A stretch of 34,867 bases of DNA, from NCBI GenBank assembly GCA_900128585.1, contig LT642201.1, forward strand, positions 1 to 34,867. Direction: 5' to 3'. A program made the translations under genes and the position numbers. Shown here piece after piece: positions 10,515 to 19,975 of this stretch. The DNA is from Stramenopiles sp. TOSAG23-3 (taxonomy: Eukaryota). Positions within the stretch are counted from its first letter, which is position 1. Each line of letters starts with the position of its first letter. A model generated the notes under the pieces. It was not told the DNA's origin. It did no database searches and saw nothing but the letters and a program-made list of their open reading frames with translations.

Positions 10515-12647
10515 TTAAGAACAATCCATGCCATCAAAATTGCACGAGATCGAATTACACGCCGCGTCGCACTCTTTGTCGTTCAAGTACTGAGGCGATG
10601 GACAGTACCTACTGCATATTGGTTTACAAGATGGTAGATTGATCGTACCGCTTGAACACCCATGATTACCTGATAAATATAGCTCAAGACCAACTGTGTT
10701 TTGTTGCCGAGCAATGAAATCAGCCATTGTCTGGGATATGTTTGTCAAATTATTATCTCGTGCATCCATATATTGTAAAACAGAAAATGCTGTCAACATT
10801 TCGGGCAACGCGGTGAGTCCTAACCTTGCTATACCCAAATTTCGTAAAGATAGATTCATCCTATTAAATCCGTCCGGCAACTTTCCAACTTCACGCAACT
10901 CGTTTCCATCTATAAAGAGAGAACCAACCTGTGGCAATTCCTCTGCACCTAGTCTACTTGGCAACAAACGGCTGTTGTTGACCAAATTCAAATAGAACAA
11001 GTTTGGTAAAAACATACCCCCTTCTTTATTTGGTAATTGCAGTCCAACGTTTCTGTTTACACGAAGGCTCACTAACGTTTCATGCCTCCACAAATTTGGG
11101 TGCACATTTGTTATATTATTGAAACCAATCCGTAAGTCGATCAATTTGTGCCACTTTTCCACATCAACGTCGAATGTTTTCAACCGATTGAACGACAGGT
11201 CAAAGTATGTCATTTTGTTCAATCTTTCCATGTCCCTTGGAAGTTCCTTCAACGGGCCACTTCGCAAAACTACTTTTCTCAACCCCTCCAGTTGAACGAA
11301 GTCCTTGGGCAGGCTGCGTATGGGATGGTCCTTCAGTTCAAACACAGCACAGTTGCATGTAGGCGTCAACAAATTGGTGCAGAAAGGAATTTTTACTTGG
11401 CACCCCCGAGAAAAGAAATCTTTGGGGGCGGGATGCGATTCTAAAGTCGTATTCGAGGTGTTACTGTGCACGTCTCTGGGGCCTTCGCACTCTCGGTTGA
11501 CATAGCACTCGCATTTGTTCTCAAGCTGCCAAACCGACGCGACTTGTACAATTCCAATAACCAACAGCACACATACATACATCAAACTAAGCGAGAACAC
11601 GCCCAGTTTCGCCCACCTAGGAAAATATTTGTCTTGTATTCTCTCCACTTGCTCTGTACGCGAATTTCCAAAAATACTTACGCGCCGACGTTTAAACCGC
11701 TCAGACAGTTCCGTTTCAATTTCCATCGCGATCTGGTCTGCGTGATCCTCAACGGTCTCGTTTACCATCTTTCGCAGCTTGCCAAGTAAGGACATGGAAG
11801 GGAATAAAACAATGAGAATGTTTTCTTCTATTGTTAAAGGCACCACATATAAGTAAGTGATCAATAATGGAAAAATCAAAAAGATCATATCAACAACAAT
11901 GTCTACGGTGATTTGCAGGTCCCGATTCCGCTTCGAAACGGATTTCCCTCCCCACAAGTATCCAACCATACTGTATGCCCGGTAGGACGACTCTGCAATC
12001 AAAACTGCCATCAATACTAGACAAACCCAGTGCGGTAATGAACACAAGTATATGGTCGCCATGTTGTACGCGGACATGTAGTTTTCCATGAATTCAAACG
12101 CGTGCAACCTCCAAAGATAGAACTTTCCGTTCAACCCAAGCGTGTTCAGGTACTTGTAGTATGCATTGACCACTACGGATTTTCGTGCTGATTTCTGGAT
12201 TGCTGTGCGCATGCCATTGACGTTGTTGTAAAACTTAATGGCGGCTTTCTTCCACTGGCACGGTAAAATGGCATTGACAAAAATGATCAGAAATAAACAA
12301 GCAAGCACTAGGAACACCCATACAAAATCTCTGTTCCAACGAACGAACGGTCGGAACCCGTTGTGAGTGTATCCAAACAGCAGTCCAACGTGCAACCCTG
12401 CTACGATCAGCAATAAAGTCAAATAAACTACCCCTCGGCACCCAAACAATTTTCGACAGCTAATCCGTTTTTTAAATTCCGCAGACGCCGAAGACATAGT
12501 GTTTGGAGCTTCCCCTTCCTCACTACTATCAGTACTACTATCATCGTCTGCATCAGGGGCCACTATCATTGGATTCGCGGTGGTATCCATCAAATCATCA
12601 CCCCCCTCGATTTCCAACGCCTTCATGGTGGTCGTATTTTTTGCCAT
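10515..12647 (-). CDS. Multi-pass (about 6-7 TM) membrane protein with C-terminal LRRs and a terminal LNR (Lin12/Notch)-like repeat
   Basis: Acidic N-tail, hydrophobic segments and LRRs (LKELPRDMERLNKMTYFDLSFNRL, LQYMDARDNNL). C-terminus is CPSPQYLNDKECDAACNSISCNFDGMDCS. Confidence 0.85.
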   Translation of the reverse strand: MAKNTTTMKALEIEGGDDLMDTTANPMIVAPDADDDSSTDSSEEGEAPNTMSSASAEFKKRISCRKLFGCRGVVYLTLLLIVAGLHVGLLFGYTHNGFRPFVRWNRDFVWVFLVLACLFLIIFVNAILPCQWKKAAIKFYNNVNGMRTAIQKSARKSVVVNAYYKYLNTLGLNGKFYLWRLHAFEFMENYMSAYNMATIYLCSLPHWVCLVLMAVLIAESSYRAYSMVGYLWGGKSVSKRNRDLQITVDIVVDMIFLIFPLLITYLYVVPLTIEENILIVLFPSMSLLGKLRKMVNETVEDHADQIAMEIETELSERFKRRRVSIFGNSRTEQVERIQDKYFPRWAKLGVFSLSLMYVCVLLVIGIVQVASVWQLENKCECYVNRECEGPRDVHSNTSNTTLESHPAPKDFFSRGCQVKIPFCTNLLTPTCNCAVFELKDHPIRSLPKDFVQLEGLRKVVLRSGPLKELPRDMERLNKMTYFDLSFNRLKTFDVDVEKWHKLIDLRIGFNNITNVHPNLWRHETLVSLRVNRNVGLQLPNKEGGMFLPNLFYLNLVNNSRLLPSRLGAEELPQVGSLFIDGNELREVGKLPDGFNRMNLSLRNLGIARLGLTALPEMLTAFSVLQYMDARDNNLTNISQTMADFIARQQNTVGLELYLSGNHGCSSGTINLPSCKPICSRYCPSPQYLNDKECDAACNSISCNFDGMDCS

Positions 12648-13366
12648 CCTTTCTAAATTGCAATAATCTAACTTTATTTAAATTACAACTCCCTTCCTTT
12701 CTTTCAGTTCCTATAAAATATACAATATCATTTAATTATCCTTTAAATTAATGTTTTTAAATCGTTTAAATTCATACATATATAATAAATAGAAGATTTT
12801 AAAAAATGTAAAATGTATACGAAAAATATGAATATGAATGAGCTACTCTCTCTGTTTTGTGGCTGGCTTTCTTTTCTTTCTCTTCTTCTTCTTCTTCTCT
12901 TTTCTTCTTTCTTTTCTCATTCCTACCTCCCATCATATGTATTATTTATATAGTTATTTTTATTTTAGACTATAAAAATAGAATTGAAAATACACTTATC
13001 ACGCACAACAGAATAACACTATTTTGATTATTAAGAGATATGCTAATATGATGAAGAACTTTCTTTCTCTCTTTTCTTCTTCCTTTCTCCTTTCTCCTCT
13101 GTTCGTTCTTCTTATAATTAACAAAAAAAAACTAAAAAAAATTATACACAAGAGTACATTAAACGACTATAATAATAAACAAAACACAAAAAATATGTAA
13201 TCACAAATTAACAAAATTTATAACAAAGAATTGTTGGTTTAAAAGTTGGAAGAAGTCGATCTTTTCATCTAGAAAGGAAACCTTACGACACAAGCGGACC
13301 ATCTTGTCATTAAAACCGTCCCAAGTCTTTTGTGCAACACCACCGTCTCGAGCAAGCCAAGGGAAC

Positions 13367-14002
13367 ATGGGGAACTCCGGACAAAAGTCCATGCAAAATG
13401 AAATTTTCAATATGAAGTTTACCAGCAAGCAGCTAGTGCGAAGGTACGAAAAGTACGAAAAGCAGAGCAATAAGCGAAAGAAGGAGGTTGCCAAAGCAGT
13501 CAAAGACGGCAACCTTGAGATAGCAAAGGAGTACGCGCAGATGGCCATCCGGGACCATAAAACAGGGATTTCGTTCTTGGGGCTGTCGTCGAAGATCGAC
13601 GCGGTGGTGAGCCGGCTGGAGGCCGCGGAGCGGCAACGGCAAATAACCCCAATGATGTCGAAGGCCGTGCACGGGATGAAGTCGGCGATGGATTCGCTGA
13701 ACGTTGATAAACTCACGGAAACGATGGGTCAGTTTGAGACAATATTTGAGGATCTAGATGTGAAGGCAGGGTACATGGACGCGACGATGAACGGGGTGTC
13801 CGCTGCCTCTACCCCAGTAGACGAGGTTGACAAGCTAATGGAGCAAGTGGCCGCTGAAAACGGTTTGGAGGTCGCGGCGCAATTAGATGCTGCTGGGCTT
13901 GTCGGTTCCCATACAGCTAAAGATATTGTCGCCGAGCCTTCGAAAGCTAAGGAAGACGAGATCAATGCACGATTAAAAGAGTTGAGGGCTGAACTAGGGT
14001 AA
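13367..14002 (+). CDS. CHMP1: ESCRT-III subunit CHMP1/Did2/Vps46 (Snf7 family)
   Basis: ATG at 13367 (MGNSGQK). IFNMKFTSKQL..AKEYAQMAIR..LSSKIDAVVSRL, MGQFETIFEDLDV and STPVDEVDKLM. C-terminal MIM1-like EDEINARLKELR. Confidence 0.9.
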   Translation: MGNSGQKSMQNEIFNMKFTSKQLVRRYEKYEKQSNKRKKEVAKAVKDGNLEIAKEYAQMAIRDHKTGISFLGLSSKIDAVVSRLEAAERQRQITPMMSKAVHGMKSAMDSLNVDKLTETMGQFETIFEDLDVKAGYMDATMNGVSAASTPVDEVDKLMEQVAAENGLEVAAQLDAAGLVGSHTAKDIVAEPSKAKEDEINARLKELRAELG

Positions 14003-14279
14003 GATGAAACAAAGATTATGCTTATTCGTTCTATGTTCCGACCGCGATAATAGATAAATGAGATTTTGTGTTACAAAGTTTGTATTAAATAAAATGATTC
14101 ATTTGAACTGTAGGCCCCCAAGTTGCCGTTCTTTCTCAACAAAATATTTAGGTTCGTCATCAAGAAAAACTGACGAATTTCAATTACAAACTACTCTCTA
14201 GTATTTGTACTAAGTTTTAGTATTATCTGACGAAAACATGTGACTTTACACTTACTCCATGTCCCTGCCAATCCTTTCC

Positions 14280-15416
14280 TCAGTTCAGCCCCCCTGTCAT
14301 CGAAGTTCTCACGCCGATGTCGGACGATCCGAGCAAGTCATCGATGTTCAGTTTGAGACCGCCGCCGATCTCTTGGTCTCCAACACCAGGCGGCATGAGC
14401 GATTCCCGCCCAATGTACTCGTCCCCGCTCCAGCTGGATGTCCGCCGTGCGGCAGACGACGTCCCGCTCGGGAACAAGTGCCGAATCAATATTACCACCG
14501 ACCACATGGGAACAAAAGTGTCTAGTATGTACATGAGTATGGAGCCCAGCATTTGTGGAAGGGCCTGCTCGATCGTTTGCGTTTCGACAATTTCACTTGT
14601 CCAGCGGGCGCAAAGGCCCTGCGATTCAATGCCCCCCCTCGAGTACAAAGAGAATGCGAGCGTGGTATACACGGAGACGGAATAGATCACTGCGATCACC
14701 CAGACCTGCTTCGTTTTCCTACGCCTATAGTCTTCCGAAACCACCATTTCCTGCAGCTTCTTAACGATGCCGCACGACGCAAACAGGCTGAACGTGACCA
14801 GTACCGATTCCAAAATACTGAATATGATCCATGTGTTGTCGTGGCAGTTCAGTATAACCGACCCACTCGTCGGTACCGTGCTCGTCCGGTTCCCCGCCGC
14901 TTGGCTGCTTCCGCCCTGTGCAAATGTCCCCAAGGCCCCCAACACGTACACCACAAAAATAGCGGTCACAACGACACCAAAAACAGGGACCACGAACCGC
15001 CTGACGTACTCGGCCTTCTCATATATGCGGCACCATATGGACGCCAGCACGAAAGCCACCGTGATGGAGACGTAACCTTCTAACATTTCGACCGCCGCGT
15101 AGAGCCTCGGGTCCCCATTGATAGTCTTTACGACGAGAAAAAGGATGCAGCTCACGACCGTCAGGTAGTATATAAGGCGTGTCGTTTTCGACCCGTCCAC
15201 GATGATGTGTGACCTGCAGAGCAGCAAAAGGGAGACGAGCGTTCCCACGGCCATAAGGGTCAAAATCATCGACAAAATACACCCCCAAAGAAAACACTTT
15301 TCGGCACCAGAGTCTCCATTTGCATACGGAAAGATACAATAGTACAAAGGAAAAGCAACCGACAAACGGGACTTTCCGTCCCCTATGGCCGAGCAGGTTC
15401 CCGTAGTGGAAGCCAT
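14280..15416 (-). CDS. Seven-transmembrane protein, possibly GPR137/TOM1-THH1-like
   Basis: ATG at 15416 (MASTTG). Seven hydrophobic helices, a basic loop RRRKTKQ between TM5 and TM6, a Pro in TM7 (DTFVPMW) and a Ser-rich C-tail. Family assignment is tentative. Confidence 0.7.
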   Translation of the reverse strand: MASTTGTCSAIGDGKSRLSVAFPLYYCIFPYANGDSGAEKCFLWGCILSMILTLMAVGTLVSLLLLCRSHIIVDGSKTTRLIYYLTVVSCILFLVVKTINGDPRLYAAVEMLEGYVSITVAFVLASIWCRIYEKAEYVRRFVVPVFGVVVTAIFVVYVLGALGTFAQGGSSQAAGNRTSTVPTSGSVILNCHDNTWIIFSILESVLVTFSLFASCGIVKKLQEMVVSEDYRRRKTKQVWVIAVIYSVSVYTTLAFSLYSRGGIESQGLCARWTSEIVETQTIEQALPQMLGSILMYILDTFVPMWSVVILIRHLFPSGTSSAARRTSSWSGDEYIGRESLMPPGVGDQEIGGGLKLNIDDLLGSSDIGVRTSMTGGLN

Positions 15417-15659
15417 ACGTCGTTCTAAAACCCAACCCAACTACTATACACGTTCGTTTCGGAAGAAGACTGTTTTGCTCTTTTCTATCAGTCTATCCTA
15501 CCTTCCTTGTTTAATATGTCTTCTTTGAAAAACTGAACCTAAACGTTCGTTTCGTATTCCTTTACCATTGTTTATTTTGATATCATTGTCAACAAATAAA
15601 ATAGACCGACGACTACTAAAATTTAGTAATTTTTTATTATCGAGTTGGTTGAACGTTGA

Positions 15660-15870
15660 ACGACGAAGAAGAATGAGAAGAAGCAAGAAGAAGAAGAAGA
15701 ATTAAAAGAAGAAGAAGAAGGAATGTGAAAAATGATGGATCTGACATCTGACAACAAACAACAACAACAGCAGAAGAGAGGAGCTCATCATCTCTATCTT
15801 CTTCTTTTCTTTTTTTTCCTTCTCTTCTTCTTCCTCCTCCTCCCTCCTCCTCTTTCTTCTTCTTCTTTTT
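15660..15870. repeat. (GAA)n tract followed by a (CTT/CCT)n tract in a divergent intergenic region
   Basis: gaagaagaa... at about 15665-15721 and cttcttc/ctcctc at about 15797-15870. Confidence 0.8.
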
Positions 15871-16117
15871 TAAATAATAAAAAAAAAATAATAAATCATC
15901 ATCATTCATCAATAATTTATTACACTCGCTTATAAAAAATTATATAGAAAATAATATTATATATCTTCACCAGAAAACGACACCACGAATGATTTTATAT
16001 TGACACAACACTTCCTTCGAACGAAACGTCAAGTGAAGTGAAGAACTCTCTCAAAGAATATAGTGCCTGTTGCATTTTTCTAACTTTATGCAACGGCGGT
16101 AAGTGTGGGAATAGCTC

Positions 16118-17776
16118 ATGGCGGAGTTTACGGTATTGAGCGAGGAAGAGGAAACCGTTGAAATCTTCCGGAAAGAAGGGAACGAAGCGTTCAAGGCAGG
16201 GCGGTATGAAGACGCGGTGGAAAAGTACACGGGTGCAATTGAACTTTGCTGCGGGGGCGGTGACAGCGTTCTGGACGTGGCGGCGCTCTTCTCGAACCGG
16301 TCGGCGTCCTATTTAAAGATGAACATGTACGAGGAAAGCCTGAACGATGCGAACAGCTGCGTTGAGGCCAAACCGGGGTGGATAAAAGGACACTACCGCA
16401 AAGTTGTGGCCCTCAAAGAACTGAAAAAATGGAAAGAGACCCTCCTCGCCTGCAAGGCGGCGCTGAAAATTGACAAAACTAATAGACCCATTTTGAAGAT
16501 ATACAAAACGGTGTCGAAAGAGACAAAGATAGTCCTGCCCGGTGGGGAGGAGGAGGAGAAGAAGAAGAAGAAGAAGAGCAGGAAGAAGGCCGGCACGCCG
16601 TCCAAGAGCAGCACCCCGGTCCTCGACGAACAAAGCAATGAATACCTTCGACTCCTCAACCGTATGAAGCGCATGGCGAATGAAGATAGTGTTGCAGGAG
16701 GTATGATAGAGAAAACGTTCATCGCATTGATGGATCCGAAACAGTTTCAGCAGAGGATATACCCCGGGGTGAGCTTGCCGGAAGATTCGCCAATGCCCAA
16801 GAACTTGAAAGAATTGCTGAACAACCCGCTGTACCAACGAGGCCTGGTGGAGGCCATGCCGACTGTGATCGCAAAAGCGGACAGGATCATCGACAACGTA
16901 AAGCGAAAGGGGGCCCTGAAGGGGGACATCATGGACAAGCAAACGGAGGGAATGCTCCGGCCACAAGTTTTGATGGAAGCGTTTGCACGAGAGATTGCCA
17001 ACATAGTCATGCGGACGCAAGCTATGGTGTCCAAGCACTTTGCAATTATGGAAGCCAAACTGGCCTCTCCGGAGGACGAGCGCGCCGATTGGGACATGCT
17101 GGATGACTCTGTATATTCGACGTGGAAGGAGGGGGCGCAGGGGTTTGGGGTGGCAGACAATTTTCTTGGGGATGATTGGCCAGGGGTTGTAGTCGAAGAC
17201 ATCGAACGGTTAAAGAAAGTCCCCAATCGCTTCCAACCATTTCGGGCGAAAGACGTATTCGCAAAACGGATGGGGAACCAAACGCAGGGTGCGACGGAGC
17301 AAATCCTGCACTGCTGGGTGTCGCCCACAGATGAAAAGTTCAAAGATCTTTACCCTGCATTGTCGGAGCTATGTGATTCCCTGGAAGCGATACCATTCCA
17401 GATGAACAAGACGTGCGAGAAAAGCATGGGTCTCGTGGACCCAACAGGAGACCAAGTGTTGGTTACGTACGTTCCCACCGGGTGCTCGTTGGAACCGCGC
17501 TATGACGGTCAAAGTGGCAACGTACAGAGCGGCGTCCTTGTTACTGCCACGTACTGCCCCGTGACCGCACCGGATGCCGTCGTAGATTTAACGCTGCCAA
17601 ACGTTCGAAAAATGCCCATCGATGTCAAGGCCGACCGGTTAATTCTGCACCGAAGTTTAACGACAAAATTTGGCATCCCAAAGGTTGAAAGCCCGAAAGG
17701 GGTGTACACGGTCACATCTTTCTTTCGCACAAAAAAACAGGGTAAGCAGCAGCAACAACAACAACCGGGACAATAA
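16118..17776 (+). CDS. TPR-repeat protein with C-terminal degenerate EGLN/PHD-like 2OG-Fe(II) oxygenase domain
   Basis: Three TPRs (RKEGNEAFKAGRYEDAVEKYTGAI, LFSNRSASYL, WIKGHYRK) and a poly-K stretch. C-domain has GFGVADNFLG, YVP..RYD..VTATY, KADRLILHRS and YTVTSFF. Confidence 0.8.
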   Translation: MAEFTVLSEEEETVEIFRKEGNEAFKAGRYEDAVEKYTGAIELCCGGGDSVLDVAALFSNRSASYLKMNMYEESLNDANSCVEAKPGWIKGHYRKVVALKELKKWKETLLACKAALKIDKTNRPILKIYKTVSKETKIVLPGGEEEEKKKKKKSRKKAGTPSKSSTPVLDEQSNEYLRLLNRMKRMANEDSVAGGMIEKTFIALMDPKQFQQRIYPGVSLPEDSPMPKNLKELLNNPLYQRGLVEAMPTVIAKADRIIDNVKRKGALKGDIMDKQTEGMLRPQVLMEAFAREIANIVMRTQAMVSKHFAIMEAKLASPEDERADWDMLDDSVYSTWKEGAQGFGVADNFLGDDWPGVVVEDIERLKKVPNRFQPFRAKDVFAKRMGNQTQGATEQILHCWVSPTDEKFKDLYPALSELCDSLEAIPFQMNKTCEKSMGLVDPTGDQVLVTYVPTGCSLEPRYDGQSGNVQSGVLVTATYCPVTAPDAVVDLTLPNVRKMPIDVKADRLILHRSLTTKFGIPKVESPKGVYTVTSFFRTKKQGKQQQQQQPGQ

Positions 17777-18003
17777 TTTAAACGATCTTCTGTGAGATAT
17801 CTTTTTTTTTTAAGTTAAATAAATAGGAGAGAATAAGTACCTTTATTAGTATGATAATGTCTTACCTATACTATGTGCCTACTATGCATTGAATAGAAGC
17901 TTCTTCATTCGTATACTCACTAATTACCAAATACGAATATCGTGTATACACACTCTTGGGTAAAAGATCCTGAATAATTTATAATTTCGAGATACATTGC
18001 TCC

Positions 18004-19065
18004 TCAAAGTTCGTCGGCGTCTATGGCAATTCTGCGCCGTCTTCGCCGTCCCTTCGGTACGCTTCGTTTGGTCTCCTCCTTTCGCTGCACAAACTTCTCC
18101 CCAGAGGCTACCAAAGCGTCTTTTACTGCGCCCAGAAGAGACGTAGACGGGTCTTTCGTATCTTGCCCCGCTTCCCAAAGCATGAGCCCGGCCAGCCCTC
18201 GCTTCAACGCGTACGTTGTCTTCTTTTTGACCGTCTCGACCCCGTTAAAGTAAAAACTGTCGGGCCCAGCAATATCGTCTGCTGGCTTTGGGCTGAAATT
18301 GTTCACGATCTCTTCGTACGTTTGCACGTTGCCGGGGGAACTGAGGCTCCGCCCATACCCAGGAAATCCGAGCGCAACCTTGTACGGGGGAAACCCACTT
18401 TTTAAGATGGACTTGACATCTTTCTTTGCAGAGGCAAACGTCGAGTGTTTCCCTTGGTTGTCGTAACTCATCAGGTGCACCCGGTCCAGGCTGTTCACGG
18501 CATCGGCAGACAAATACGTTTGCCACGAGTGCAACGCAGCGGTCACTAAGTATTTCTTCGGCCGAAGCGCCGTCGAGGCCACCACAATCAGCTTGGAATA
18601 GAGAGACGCCTCTTGCTGGTTCACGGGCTGCTCCCAATCAAAATCGATGCCTTGCAAATTGTACTTTTTCAACGTTTCGAGCAACGTGGAAACAAACGAG
18701 TCCATCAGCACGGGGTCGCTGGTTACATGTGCAAAATTACCGCTCCGGCCGCCTCCACCAACGCACAAGAGCAGGCGCACCCCATGGCTTTCCCGAATCG
18801 CCTGGGCCCGTTTCAGATCGTCCGGGGCAAAAAAGAAGTGAAGCCCGCCCGACTTGGTGGGTTCTGCAGAAAATAATATCAAGTCCGTCGTCCGTTCCCC
18901 AACAAAGTCAAAGTTCAACCCTCCAAACCGGTACTCTGGAACATACGCAACTATGGAAAAATTCTCTTTCTCTGGGTCTCGCTTCCTACCATACTTAGAC
19001 CTCCCTGAAACGGGTGCCAGCAGACCGGCCATCAACAATGGCAAAAACAGCAGTACCGACCGCAT
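18004..19065 (-). CDS. Glycoside hydrolase family 18 (chitinase-like) with signal peptide and C-terminal ADEL
   Basis: ATG at 19065 (MRSVLLFLPLL). LLCVGGG, GIDFDWE (catalytic DxDxE), LMSYD, KVALGFPGYGR and GLAGLMLWEAGQD. Confidence 0.92.
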   Translation of the reverse strand: MRSVLLFLPLLMAGLLAPVSGRSKYGRKRDPEKENFSIVAYVPEYRFGGLNFDFVGERTTDLILFSAEPTKSGGLHFFFAPDDLKRAQAIRESHGVRLLLCVGGGGRSGNFAHVTSDPVLMDSFVSTLLETLKKYNLQGIDFDWEQPVNQQEASLYSKLIVVASTALRPKKYLVTAALHSWQTYLSADAVNSLDRVHLMSYDNQGKHSTFASAKKDVKSILKSGFPPYKVALGFPGYGRSLSSPGNVQTYEEIVNNFSPKPADDIAGPDSFYFNGVETVKKKTTYALKRGLAGLMLWEAGQDTKDPSTSLLGAVKDALVASGEKFVQRKEETKRSVPKGRRRRRRIAIDADEL

Positions 19066-19394
19066 AATTATTATCACAACAACCAACCCTTATTGTTCTT
19101 CGCTCGGACGCGCGGCGTGTATACACCTCAACTCTGAGAAACCAATCGTCTTCCTTGGTTCCCTGGTAAGTAAACCTGTATGTTGTGTTTAAATCTTTCC
19201 TCTTCGATATTTCTTGAAAGAGATTAATTGATCGTCGTAAGTAAACAACACAAGACAATTCCTTCTTCTTACAAATGATCACATATTAGTAGAGACTGAC
19301 TATATAATTAATACAAAAAGACAAAAGATTTCTCTGATTAATTAAACAACTTCTTATTTTTTATTATTATTATTTTTTTTTATTTTAGAAGAAA

Positions 19395-19585
19395 TAAAAA
19401 AGAAGAAGAAGAGAAGAAGACATTATTATTATTTTTAATTCCTTTATAAGGATCACAGCATCCAACATATTGAAGGATTGACAAAGTTCGGATATTTATG
19501 ATGACTCGAATACTCCTCTTCCTTCTCTTCTGTCCTCTCTCTCTCTCTTTTCTTTTTCTTCTTCTTCTTCTTTGTTTTTTTTTTA
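19395..19585. repeat. (GAA)n and (CT/CTT)n low-complexity tracts in a divergent intergenic region
   Basis: aagaagaagaagagaagaag at about 19400-19420 and ctctctct/cttcttctt at about 19513-19575. Confidence 0.75.
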
Positions 19586-19975
19586 AAAAGGAAGAACTGT
19601 TATTTTTCATAGTTCATGCTGTATTTATGTATTTAAAATATTAATTTTCAATAAAATAATAATTGGAATTTGAAATTGAAAATATTTTATATTAATATTG
19701 ACACAGCATAATATAGTAGAAAGAAGAAGAAGAAAAACAAATAATAAGAAAAAACAATATTAAAATTAAATACATTATTCTTATTCCCATTCCCCAATGA
19801 TGAGTTTTTATAAGAGTTTGAATTTCAAAATGAATCAACAAAACATATAAATTTTATGTTTTGAAATAAATGCACGGCAGAGTAATTATTAGGATACCAT
19901 TACACGTTTATTTTGTGCTCGTGAACAGTTTGCAAAGAACGTATCTTTCTCTCTCTCACTCAGTCTCGTGTACAA

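Noticed and set aside
13304-13366. Upstream in-frame extensions in the ORF track (also at 7178, 15440, 19086, 24226, 27427)
   Set aside because: Mostly non-ATG starts or AT-rich UTR-like sequence. Downstream ATGs give proper signal peptides or family-typical N-termini.
15637-15935. Short ORFs with poly-K/E/L/F runs
   Set aside because: Translations of GAA/CTT microsatellites.
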